Of a stretch of DNA of 64,000 nucleotides, positions 17,491-26,658 are shown piece by piece. Under the pieces are notes generated by a model. The model was not told the origin of the DNA. It saw only the letters and a list, made by a program, of their open reading frames with translations, and did no database searches. Position numbers and translations under genes: made by a program. Source of the stretch: Clostridia bacterium (GTDB lineage Bacteria > Bacillota > Clostridia > UBA1381 > UBA9506); assembly GCA_045590535.1 (NCBI GenBank), contig JAZNRE010000005.1, positions 8,485 to 72,484 of the forward strand. The letters are read 5' to 3'. How positions within the stretch are numbered: position 1 is the stretch's first letter; the number at the start of each line of letters is the position of its first letter.

Positions 17491-17522
17491 CCACCCGCTA
17501 TATGCGGGTGGGTTTTATTTTT
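17491..17522 (+). terminator. Intrinsic terminator of galE
   Basis: CCACCCGC-TATAT-GCGGGTGG followed by GTTTTATTTTT. Confidence 0.75.
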
Positions 17523-17705
17523 GGGTATAGCCCTAATGCTGCCGGCGGCACTACATTAGCGTTTTTTATTGGCCTGCCAGCCATGCAACTGTTACTTACT
17601 ACCCATAAATGGGTTTTTTTACGCAAGTCTTCCCCTTGAGGGGAAGGCTTTGTTTGTTGATTAACCTTTATTGAACCACAGAACAATCGCGTGAGTTTCG
17701 TTATA

Positions 17706-17747
17706 CAAAAAAGCCTGCATCCATCAATTCGGATGCAGGCTTATTTT
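17706..17747. terminator. Bidirectional intrinsic terminator (serves the prsA-like gene)
   Basis: AAAAAAGCCTGCATCC-ATCAATTC-GGATGCAGGCTTATTTTT. Confidence 0.7.
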
Positions 17748-17760
17748 TACGCTTCACTTA

Positions 17761-18810
17761 TTATTTAACTTTAATGCCGTTAATAACACTTTGACGAATT
17801 TCAACGGTCATTTCGGGTTTAAAGGCATCAATCACGGCGTTATATTTATCCTGGGAAAGAACAGCTGTGATGTTTTCTTTCGCCGTTTCGTAGTCTGTAC
17901 CACTTGTGGGCAGGGCATACTTTTTAATGATGTGCCAACCAAAGCTGGTTTCCACCAAATCAGAAACTTCGCCAACGGCCAAAGCATAGGCTGCATCTTC
18001 AAATTCTGCAACCATGGTGCCCTTTGTGAAGGTATAACCCTGGGGACTTTCTTCCATGCCGGGGTCTTCGCCATAGTCACGAACTAAAGAATCAAAGTTT
18101 GCGCCGGCTTTTGCCTTTTGCAGAACTTCGGCCGCTTTTGCCTGCTGTGATGCTTTATAGGCTTCGGCGGCAACTGCCTTTTCTTCGGCTGAAAGCTCTT
18201 CTCCGCTTTCAGCAGCGCTTTCATCAGTGTTGCCGATTAACACATGCTTAACATGAACATATTCCTGCTCATAGGCCGCTTTAATCTCAGCATCGGTGGG
18301 CACAAGAGCATCGGGATTTTGGGCGTTATATTCTGCTGCATACATGCTGGCTAAAGTTGTTTTGCACAGCATGTCGATGAGCTGCTGGTCAGAAAGACCG
18401 GTAAAATCTTTAATGTAATCAACCTGTGCTTTTTGCTCTGCTTCTGTGCTTTTAATCATAGCACGAATTTGTGAAAGATCAGCTGCGGGAATGCTAAGAC
18501 CACTTTCTTCTGCCTTAATGCAGGCAATTTCAACACGAACAGCCTCTTCCAAAGCACGCTTTTTGGCAAGCTCGCTAGCTTTTTCGCCGTCAATTTCTGC
18601 ATTCCAGAAGCCTTCAGCATCCTGAGTGCCGGATTCAGCCAACATTTGCTGTTTTACATTTTCCAAATAATACATGTATTCAGCCTTGGTGATAACACGA
18701 CCGTTAACGGTTGCAATTTCTTTGGAAATTTGAAGCTTACCGCAACCTGCCATGGTAAACAAAAGGGCGAATACGCAAACAAGTGCAGCAATTTTTTTCA
18801 TCTTTTTCAT
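17761..18810 (-). CDS. PrsA-like foldase lipoprotein (parvulin-type peptidyl-prolyl isomerase)
   Basis: Lipobox FTMAGCG, a SurA-N-like N-terminus, and PPIC core VKHVLIG...SFGWHIIKK. The ATG lies 8 nt after AAAGGAG. Confidence 0.8.
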   Translation of the reverse strand: MKKMKKIAALVCVFALLFTMAGCGKLQISKEIATVNGRVITKAEYMYYLENVKQQMLAESGTQDAEGFWNAEIDGEKASELAKKRALEEAVRVEIACIKAEESGLSIPAADLSQIRAMIKSTEAEQKAQVDYIKDFTGLSDQQLIDMLCKTTLASMYAAEYNAQNPDALVPTDAEIKAAYEQEYVHVKHVLIGNTDESAAESGEELSAEEKAVAAEAYKASQQAKAAEVLQKAKAGANFDSLVRDYGEDPGMEESPQGYTFTKGTMVAEFEDAAYALAVGEVSDLVETSFGWHIIKKYALPTSGTDYETAKENITAVLSQDKYNAVIDAFKPEMTVEIRQSVINGIKVK

Positions 18811-18901
18811 GTTTAACACTCCTTTTTGTCAATTTATCTGATGAATCGACAAGTTTTAAATGAAAACTGTGTCTGTACATACCTAACAAGATTATTATAC
18901 A

Positions 18902-21900
18902 CTACTTTTCTTCGTTGCGCAAGTCTTTAAAGGTCTGTAACAAACTTTTAATACAGCCTGCAACAGCTTTTTTATCCGCCTCTGTCATGCGATAGGCAAA
19001 ATAAGGCTTTTTACCGGCTGAAAGCAAAATCCGGCCCTGGTATTTACCAATTAAATCTGCAATTTCTGCCGGATTAAAGGTATCCTTAAAATAGAAAAGA
19101 ATGCTGCCGTCTTTGGCGGTTATCTGTGAAATGCCCACCTCTTTTGCAAGGGCACGGCTTTGGGCGGCCAACAAAAGATTGCCCACACAGGCCGGATAAT
19201 CACCAAAACGGTCGATGAGTTCTTCCGTTGTGATGCGCACATCTTCTTCTGAACTGATGGCACCAATTTTTTTATAAAATTCAAGGCGCAAACGGTGGCT
19301 GCGAATGTAGGTGGCCGGAATGTAGGCATCCGCCTCAAAGTCAAGCTGCGGCTCCCACTCTTCAGCTGTAGCCGCACGCCCCTGCAGCTCATTCACGCTC
19401 TCTTCAAGCAAGCGGCAATACATGTCATAACCAACAGTTTCCATGTGTCCGTGCTGCTCGGCACCCAGCAAATTGCCCGCACCTCTGATTTCCAAATCCC
19501 GCATGGCAATTTTAAAGCCCGAGCCAAACTCCGTAAATTCACGAATGGCCGAAAGGCGCTTCACTGCCTCTTCCCGCAGGGATTTATTCCGCTGATAGGT
19601 GAGATAACAATAGGCACGGCGGTTGCTGCGACCAACACGCCCCCTGAGCTGATAGAGCTGCGAAAGACCAAGCCGGTCGGCATCTTCGATAATCATGGTA
19701 TTAACATTTTGAATGTCAAGTCCTGTTTCAATAATGGTGGTGCAAACCAAAATGTCAATTTCGCCGTTTTGCATGGTCAGCATAACATCCTCAAGCTCTT
19801 CCGGGTCCATCTGTCCGTGAGCAAACCGGATGCGAGCTTCCGGCAATGCCGCCTGCAGCCTTCTGGCACAAGAGGCAATGCTCTGGGTTTGATTGTGAAG
19901 ATAATAAACCTGGCCCCCACGGGAGAGTTCCTTTTTAATAGCATCTTCTAAAATAACGGGATTATACTCAACCACATAGGTGGACACAGGATAGCGGTCT
20001 TGGGGCGGTTCCGAAAGCAGGCTCATGTCTTTAATGTTGACCATAGACATGTGCAGAGTTCGGGGAATGGGCGTTGCCGACAGAGTGAGCACATCCACAT
20101 TGTTTTTCATTTCTTTAATGCGTTCTTTGTGGCGCACACCAAACCGCTGCTCTTCGTCAATGACCAAAAGACCTAAATCACGGAACTTAATCTCCTGACC
20201 CAAAAGCTTATGGGTGCCAATGACAATATCGGTTTCGCCGGTTTTGAGCCGCCTTATGATGGCCGCCTGTTCCTTTGCTGGCACCAAGCGGCTCAAAAGC
20301 TCAACTTTAACAGGAAAATGCCGCATGCGGTTTGTAAAAGTGTTATAGTGCTGCAACGCAAGCACGGTTGTGGGCGCTAAATACGCCACCTGCTTTGAAT
20401 CCTGAACAGCTTTAAAAGCAGCCCGCAAGGCAACCTCTGTTTTGCCATAGCCCACATCACCGCAAAGGAGACGGTCCATGGGACGCTCACTTTCCATATC
20501 GGCTTTGACCTCAGAGATGGCGGTCAGCTGGTCCTCTGTTTCTTCATAGGGGAAATGGTCTTCAAATTCTTTTTGCCAGGCGGTATCAGGGCTGTAGGCA
20601 TAGCCGGTGCTCGCCTGTCGTGCGGCGTAAAGGGCGATTAAGCCCTGGGCCATTTCCATGGTTGATTTTTTAACCTTGGCTTTTTGACGGGCAAAATCAG
20701 CACCGCCCATTTTAGATAATCGGACACGAGCCTCTTTGCCAATATATTTCTGCAAAAGCTCAAGCTGGTCGCAGGGAACATATAAAAAGTCATCCCCTGC
20801 ATATTTAATCTTTAAATAATCTTTATAATGTCCCTCCACTGTCAGGGTATCAAGACCCACATATTGTCCTATGCCGTGAGTGGCATGCACAACAAAATCG
20901 CCAATGTCTAAATCGTCAAAGCTTTTTAGCTTATTGCCTCGTGCCGCTTTTTTCCGGCGGGCACGCTTGGATTCACGGCCAAAAATTTCGCCCTCTGCAA
21001 TTAAGACAAAACGACAATTGGGGTAAGAAAAGCCCTTTTTAATAGCACCCTCTGTAACCAAAATTTTCCCTGCTGCCGCTTCGTTTGGGTCAGAGGCTAA
21101 AAACACCGGCAACTCTCTATCTGAAAATTCTCTGAAAAGCGCCTCACACTGCAGCTTGCTGGTTGCCGCAACCACAACCGCAAAGCCTTCAGAAAGCCAA
21201 TTTTCCAAATCGGCATAAAGCATATCACGATGACCGGAATAGGTATTGATGCCATGGCTGGTCACATTAACTGACATGGCCGGTCGATAGTCGCCGGTGG
21301 ATTGGGGCAATGTGAAAAGCCCCACAAAGGGGTGACACAGCAGCTCTTTTAACACTTTGCCGTAATCATGAATATAGGCCTCTTTCGCCTCTTCAATAAC
21401 GCCTTTTTCCAAAAGCGCCGTCACCGTTTCGCCAATATCCCACAAATATCCCTCGGCGCGCTCAGAGATGCGGGCGGGTTCGTTATAGAAAACCGGCATA
21501 TCCGGGGATATATAATCCGTCACGCAGGGGTGACCCGTTTGGTGGGAAAGCTGTTCCTTCGCCGCCTCAATCCGCACAGAAGAAAGCCGCTGAATGGAAG
21601 TTTGCATAATGGGGTCAAATTCACGGACTGAATCAATTTCATCACCGAAAAACTCGATACGGTATGGGTTTTCTGCCGAGGGTGGATATACATCAATAAT
21701 GCCGCCACGAACGGAAAACTGACCCTTTGCCTCCACCATTTCTTCACGGACATAGCCTAAAGCTTCCAGTTCTTCTAAAAGCCGTTCGGTTTCATAGGTG
21801 CCCCCATCTTGGAGGGTAATGCGGGACTGTTTAAAAGCCTTAAAATCGGCAGCAAACTGCAAAAGAGCATCCACTCCCAAAACAAAAAAGGCACCCTCGC

Positions 21901-22240
21901 CCTCTTCTGCCAAACGGCCCAAAGCCGCTAAGCGCTGCGCTTCCAACTCGTTGCTTTTTGCATCAACCCGATAATATTCAATTTCTTTTGAAGGGTAATA
22001 GATAGGCTCACAACCGGCAAAAAAAGCAAGGTCTTCACAAAAACGGCGTGCTGTGTAATCACTGTCACAAACCACCATGGCGCCTTTTTGTTTTTGAGCG
22101 CACAAAGAGGCGGCCAACTGCGCTTTCGCCTGGTCTGTCAACCCGGTGACAGACAAGGGCAGTTGACCTTTACAAAAGGCGGTTTCTAAAGTTTTCCACT
22201 CACTGTGAGCTGATAAAATTGCTTCAAACAAAACCTTCAC
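18902..22240 (-). CDS. mfd: Transcription-repair coupling factor
   Basis: 1112 aa. It has a UvrB-homology N-terminus, a CarD-like RID (VVHATHGIGQYVGL), SF2 motifs GDVGYGKTEVA, DEEQRFG and LSATPIPRT, and a TRG motif region. Confidence 0.95.
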   Translation of the reverse strand: MKVLFEAILSAHSEWKTLETAFCKGQLPLSVTGLTDQAKAQLAASLCAQKQKGAMVVCDSDYTARRFCEDLAFFAGCEPIYYPSKEIEYYRVDAKSNELEAQRLAALGRLAEEGEGAFFVLGVDALLQFAADFKAFKQSRITLQDGGTYETERLLEELEALGYVREEMVEAKGQFSVRGGIIDVYPPSAENPYRIEFFGDEIDSVREFDPIMQTSIQRLSSVRIEAAKEQLSHQTGHPCVTDYISPDMPVFYNEPARISERAEGYLWDIGETVTALLEKGVIEEAKEAYIHDYGKVLKELLCHPFVGLFTLPQSTGDYRPAMSVNVTSHGINTYSGHRDMLYADLENWLSEGFAVVVAATSKLQCEALFREFSDRELPVFLASDPNEAAAGKILVTEGAIKKGFSYPNCRFVLIAEGEIFGRESKRARRKKAARGNKLKSFDDLDIGDFVVHATHGIGQYVGLDTLTVEGHYKDYLKIKYAGDDFLYVPCDQLELLQKYIGKEARVRLSKMGGADFARQKAKVKKSTMEMAQGLIALYAARQASTGYAYSPDTAWQKEFEDHFPYEETEDQLTAISEVKADMESERPMDRLLCGDVGYGKTEVALRAAFKAVQDSKQVAYLAPTTVLALQHYNTFTNRMRHFPVKVELLSRLVPAKEQAAIIRRLKTGETDIVIGTHKLLGQEIKFRDLGLLVIDEEQRFGVRHKERIKEMKNNVDVLTLSATPIPRTLHMSMVNIKDMSLLSEPPQDRYPVSTYVVEYNPVILEDAIKKELSRGGQVYYLHNQTQSIASCARRLQAALPEARIRFAHGQMDPEELEDVMLTMQNGEIDILVCTTIIETGLDIQNVNTMIIEDADRLGLSQLYQLRGRVGRSNRRAYCYLTYQRNKSLREEAVKRLSAIREFTEFGSGFKIAMRDLEIRGAGNLLGAEQHGHMETVGYDMYCRLLEESVNELQGRAATAEEWEPQLDFEADAYIPATYIRSHRLRLEFYKKIGAISSEEDVRITTEELIDRFGDYPACVGNLLLAAQSRALAKEVGISQITAKDGSILFYFKDTFNPAEIADLIGKYQGRILLSAGKKPYFAYRMTEADKKAVAGCIKSLLQTFKDLRNEEK

Positions 22241-22265
22241 ACCGTTTCTTTTACCATAATGGTTA

Positions 22266-22829
22266 TTACTTGCCGTTAAAACGGTTCATGGCACTTTGCA
22301 CGCCTCGTTCCATAATTTCTTCAACCATGTCGGGGACTGAGTCCACCGCTTTGGACAGGGTTTTAACTTCCTCATCGGTAAATTTCGATAAAACCCAATC
22401 GGCCAAATCATAGTTCTCGGGCTTTTGCCCAACACCCAAACGAATCCGGGGGAAATTATCACTGTGCAAATGATAAATAAGCGATTTCATACCGTTGTGG
22501 CCGCCGTCTGAACCCTTGGGGCGAATGCGGATGCGACCTGTGTCTAAATTTACATCATCATAAATAACAATAATATTTTCAGGGGGCACCTTGTAAAACC
22601 GGGCGATTTCACCCACGCTCTCACCGGAAAGATTGACAAAGGTTTGGGGTTTTACCAGCAAAACCCGTTCCCCCTTGTGCTGACCCTCGCCGATCAGCGC
22701 TTTGTGTTTAATCTTCTGAATGGGAATGTTCCAGGCTGCCGACAAAAAATCTAAACTAATAAAGCCAATGTTGTGCTTTGTGTTTTCATATTGCCGTCCC
22801 GGATTTCCAATGCCTACAATAATATACAT
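22266..22829 (-). CDS. pth: Peptidyl-tRNA hydrolase
   Basis: IIVGIGNPGRQYENTKHNIGF...GSDGGHNGMKS. Confidence 0.95.
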   Translation of the reverse strand: MYIIVGIGNPGRQYENTKHNIGFISLDFLSAAWNIPIQKIKHKALIGEGQHKGERVLLVKPQTFVNLSGESVGEIARFYKVPPENIIVIYDDVNLDTGRIRIRPKGSDGGHNGMKSLIYHLHSDNFPRIRLGVGQKPENYDLADWVLSKFTDEEVKTLSKAVDSVPDMVEEIMERGVQSAMNRFNGK

Positions 22830-22841
22830 AGTTGCCTCCTG

Positions 22842-23492
22842 CTACTCTCTTATCAAGGTGACGGCCACGCCGTCACCCACCGATAAAACGGTTGTATGAA
22901 ACTTTGGGTTGTGACATAAAAATGAGAGATAGTCCCGCATGGCACGAACGCCTGTGCGGTGCTTGTGCTCCGGTTCGCCGGGCATGGCCGTGCGACCGCC
23001 ATAGAGCACATTATCTGTCACAATTAAGCCGCCTGCCGCCACTTTGGGCAGTGCCAAATCAAAAAATCGCTGACTGGCACCTTTGGCTGCATCAATAAAC
23101 ACCATATCAAACCCCGGTTCAAGACCTTCTATAATTTCTTCAGCATCCCCGCAAATGGGTTTGATTTTATCCAAAGCCCCAAACTGCCTGAAGTTTTGCC
23201 TTGCCAGCAAAAATCGTTCCTCGTCTTTTTCAATAGTAATAATGCGGGCGGTTTTGCCGGAGCCTTCATACATGGTGAGGGCAGAATATCCCGCTGCCGT
23301 TCCAATCTCCAAAACCCGCTTGGGATGATGGATGGCGGCTAAAAGATATAAAAGTCTTGCTGTGGGCGCCGTTGCCGCTGGAATATTTTCTTTGCGACAA
23401 AAGTCCTCAAGTTCACGCAAAAAGCCGTCCTCCGGCATTTGAAGGGCGTTTAAATATTCTTCAATATAAGGGTATGTAATTTGATTATCCAT
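22842..23492 (-). CDS. Class I SAM-dependent O-methyltransferase (family 3, YrrM/TrmR-like)
   Basis: VLEIGTAAGYSAL (motif I), ITIEKDEE and MVFIDAAKG. Confidence 0.8.
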   Translation of the reverse strand: MDNQITYPYIEEYLNALQMPEDGFLRELEDFCRKENIPAATAPTARLLYLLAAIHHPKRVLEIGTAAGYSALTMYEGSGKTARIITIEKDEERFLLARQNFRQFGALDKIKPICGDAEEIIEGLEPGFDMVFIDAAKGASQRFFDLALPKVAAGGLIVTDNVLYGGRTAMPGEPEHKHRTGVRAMRDYLSFLCHNPKFHTTVLSVGDGVAVTLIRE

Positions 23493-23499
23493 TATTCTG

Positions 23500-25722
23500 T
23501 CACTGCCTTGCTTCTAAAAATGACGGCAAAGCCGAATACCGTTTTTCTTCATAGTTATTATCAATCATGGTTTCTACCGCACTCTTTTGTCCCACCAAAA
23601 CCACCAGTCGGGTGGCACGGGTTACGGCTGTATACAAAAGATTGCGGGTCATGAGCCTTGGCACGCCGTGAAACACAGGCATCACCACAGCAGGAAATTC
23701 ACTGCCCTGACTTTTGTGCACGGTTACAGCATAGGCATGTTCTAATTCTTCTAACATGGCCGGCTTATACGAAACACGACGCTCACCGTCAAACACCACG
23801 GTGACGCTTTCAGAATCAATATCCTCAATTACGCCCATGTCACCGTTATAAACCCCCACGCCCTCTTGCTTATTATCTACCGATGTCCAGGGCAAATCAT
23901 AGTTATTTTTAACCTGCATGACCTTGTCGCCTTCTCTAAATGTCCGCAGGGCCATGGCACGCTCACGCTTTTCTTTCCCCGCCGGATTTAATGTTTCCTG
24001 CAAAAGCTGATTTAAGTGAATCACACCGGCTGTGGTTTTTTTCATGGGCGAAATCACCTGAATATCCCGCAGGGCATCAAAGCCATAGGCCTTGGGCAAT
24101 CTGTCGCCCAAAAGGTTGGTCAGCTGCTTGCAAATCGTTTCGGCATCCGGTGCACTGACAAAAAAGAAATCTTTGTCTTTTTGGTTATAAACCGGAATTT
24201 CGCCACGGTTAATGCGGTGAGCATTTTGCACAATCATGCTCTCTTCCGCCTGGCGAAACACTGTATCAAGCCGTACAACCGGCGCTTTTTTTGAAGCAAT
24301 AACATCCTTTAAGGCGTTGCCCGCCCCCACCGGCGGCAGCTGGTCAGAATCGCCTACTAAAATCAGTTGTGTTTCGGGGCGCATTGCCTCGGTCAGCGCC
24401 GATAAAAGCAAAACATCGGCCATGCTGGCTTCATCTACAATAATAACATCTTCACTCAAAGGGTCTTCTGCATTTTTGCTGAATTCCCGCATAATATCAT
24501 CATCGTCGGCATAACCGACTTCTAACAGCCTGTGAATGGTTTTGGCCTCATAACCGGCAAGCTGGCTCATGCGCTTGGCTGCCCGGCCGGTTGGCGCGCA
24601 AAGAGCAATTTTTTTCTTACGCCCGCGAAAGGCTGCAATTAAAAACCGAATGGCTGTGGTTTTACCCGTTCCCGGACCACCTGTTATCACCGATAAGCCG
24701 GAGGTCAGCCCCGTCATCACCGCTTCTCTTTGCAAAGGGGCAAGCTCAATGCCCTGCTCCATTTCCAGCTCGCTTATCTCTCTTTCGGCTGCCTGAAGAG
24801 CCTTTGGACTCACCTTTTTGCCCTCGGCTGCCATAGCCAAAAGCTTTTTACCCAAGCGGTACTCTGCCTGATAAAAAACGGGCAAAAATATACCCTCAGT
24901 TCCATCAATCACATCGCTGATAAGCTCCCCAGATGCCAAAAGGGAAACCACGGCATTTTCGATTAAAAGCTCGTCAGCATATAAAAGCTGCGCCGCTGTA
25001 CTCACCAAGAGAGTGCGGGGCAAATAGGTATGACCACCTGAAAAAGCGCCGTATGTCAAAGTGTGTTTCACGCCGGAACGAATGCGGTTTTCGTCATCAG
25101 GCAAAATGCCTAAACTTTTTGCTACGCCGTCGGCCACTCGAAAACTGATGCCACGGACATATTCGCAAAGCAAATAAGGGTTTTTTTCAATTCTCTCTAC
25201 GGCACGACCGCCAAACAGTTCATAAAGGCGCATGGCGTGTCCTGTTGCTATGCCATGCTTTTGCATAAACATAATCAGTTGCTCTAAATCCTGACTTTCC
25301 AAATAGGCATTGTGAATTTCAAAGGCTCTCTTTTCCGTAATGCCTTTAATTTCGGCCAGGCGTTCCGGTGCATCAGCAATCACCCGCAAGGTATCCGCCC
25401 CGAATTTAGAAACCAGCTTTTCTGCAGTAGCACGGCGCACCCCGGGAATGATGCCTGAAGCCAAAAAACCGAGGATTTCGGCTTCACCACTAGGGGTTGG
25501 GCGCACAAATCCCGTCAGCTTCAGTTGTTTGCCGTAACTGGGGTGATGATGCCATCCGCCCATGACAGTCAGGCTCTCACCGGGATTCACAAAGGGCAAA
25601 GTGCCCGTGCAGGTCACAATCTCCTTTTCCTCTGTCAAAAGGTCAAAGATGCTGTAACCGTTTTCTTTATTAAAATAAATAACCTCTGTCACTGTTCCTG
25701 TCAGTTTTAAGGCTTCTTCCAT
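23500..25722 (-). CDS. recD2: SF1B RecD2-type ATP-dependent DNA helicase
   Basis: An N-terminal OB/HhH region, GGPGTGKTT (Walker A), IIVDEASM, VGDSDQLPPVG, and the C-terminal YAVTVHKSQGSEF. Confidence 0.9.
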   Translation of the reverse strand: MEEALKLTGTVTEVIYFNKENGYSIFDLLTEEKEIVTCTGTLPFVNPGESLTVMGGWHHHPSYGKQLKLTGFVRPTPSGEAEILGFLASGIIPGVRRATAEKLVSKFGADTLRVIADAPERLAEIKGITEKRAFEIHNAYLESQDLEQLIMFMQKHGIATGHAMRLYELFGGRAVERIEKNPYLLCEYVRGISFRVADGVAKSLGILPDDENRIRSGVKHTLTYGAFSGGHTYLPRTLLVSTAAQLLYADELLIENAVVSLLASGELISDVIDGTEGIFLPVFYQAEYRLGKKLLAMAAEGKKVSPKALQAAEREISELEMEQGIELAPLQREAVMTGLTSGLSVITGGPGTGKTTAIRFLIAAFRGRKKKIALCAPTGRAAKRMSQLAGYEAKTIHRLLEVGYADDDDIMREFSKNAEDPLSEDVIIVDEASMADVLLLSALTEAMRPETQLILVGDSDQLPPVGAGNALKDVIASKKAPVVRLDTVFRQAEESMIVQNAHRINRGEIPVYNQKDKDFFFVSAPDAETICKQLTNLLGDRLPKAYGFDALRDIQVISPMKKTTAGVIHLNQLLQETLNPAGKEKRERAMALRTFREGDKVMQVKNNYDLPWTSVDNKQEGVGVYNGDMGVIEDIDSESVTVVFDGERRVSYKPAMLEELEHAYAVTVHKSQGSEFPAVVMPVFHGVPRLMTRNLLYTAVTRATRLVVLVGQKSAVETMIDNNYEEKRYSALPSFLEARQ

Positions 25723-26630
25723 GTAAATTCCTCCAAAACGGACTTTATGGCCTGTTCGTCCAGGGGGTTCACCCAGTGATACCGCTTATCACGGCGGAAC
25801 CAAGTCAGTTGCCGCTTTGCATAGTGTCTTGTAGACTTTTTAATGTTTTCAATGCAATCCTCAAAGGTGACGAATCCGTCTAAATAATCAAAAACCTCTT
25901 TATAGCCAATGCCCTGCATGGATTGCATCTCACGGCTAAGCCCCATATCCTTTAGCCTTTTGCTTTCTTCCAAAAGTCCCATGGTAACCATTTGGTCAAC
26001 CCGCCGATTGATCCGCTCATAAAGCACCTCGCGGGGCGGACACAAAGCAATCATAAAAGGCTCATAGGGGGATGGATTTTTTCTTGACCGCTCATTTTGC
26101 TCGGTTAAGGTCATCCCCGTTGTTTCATAAATCTCCAAAGCGCGCACCACCCGCTTTTTGTTATTGGGGTGAATGTTCAAGGCTGCCTTGGGGTCAATTT
26201 TTTTCAGCTCTTCATATAAAGGCATAATCCCTTCGGATTCTACCCGCGAAAGCAACGCCTCACGCACGCTCATGTCGCAGGCTTCATCTAAAAATTCTAT
26301 GTTATCAACCAGCGAAGAGATGTAAAGACCCGTGCCGCCTGCCACAATGGGCAGAGCCTTGCGGGCTAGAACTTCATCAATGGTGGCCTTGGCCTTTTCC
26401 ACATAGTCGGCCACAGAAAAGCGGTCAAAGGGCGACACCATATCCAGCAGGTGATGTGGGATGCCTTCCATTTCCTCTTTAGTGGGCTTGGCGCTGGCAA
26501 TATTAAGTTCTTGATAAATCTGAATTGAATCGGCCGAAATCACTTCACCGCCATACTTTTTGGCAAGCTGAACGGCAAAACCGGTTTTGCCGCTGGCGGT
26601 AGGACCGGCCACAACCATAATTTGTTGCAT
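25707..26630 (-). CDS. miaA: tRNA dimethylallyltransferase
   Basis: VVAGPTASGKT...ISADSIQIYQELNIASAKP...HHLLD. Confidence 0.95.
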   Translation of the reverse strand: MQQIMVVAGPTASGKTGFAVQLAKKYGGEVISADSIQIYQELNIASAKPTKEEMEGIPHHLLDMVSPFDRFSVADYVEKAKATIDEVLARKALPIVAGGTGLYISSLVDNIEFLDEACDMSVREALLSRVESEGIMPLYEELKKIDPKAALNIHPNNKKRVVRALEIYETTGMTLTEQNERSRKNPSPYEPFMIALCPPREVLYERINRRVDQMVTMGLLEESKRLKDMGLSREMQSMQGIGYKEVFDYLDGFVTFEDCIENIKKSTRHYAKRQLTWFRRDKRYHWVNPLDEQAIKSVLEEFTWKKP

Positions 26631-26658
26631 AGCTGCCTCCCAAACCCTTTTTCATAAA

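Noticed and set aside
17498-17686. 62-codon minus-strand ORF in the galE/prsA intergenic region.
   Set aside because: It has no RBS. It runs through four consecutive hairpin/T-run structures. Its composition and peptide (KPSPQGEDLRKK...) look like translated repeat or terminator sequence.
19295-19951. Long antisense ORFs inside real genes: this one in mfd, plus 54898-55329 and 55349-55798 in the hydrogenase-like gene, 24016-24966 in recD2 and 12779-13227 in the M42 gene.
   Set aside because: They are shadow frames opposite strongly supported genes. They lack RBSs and have low-complexity or Arg/Ser-rich translations.
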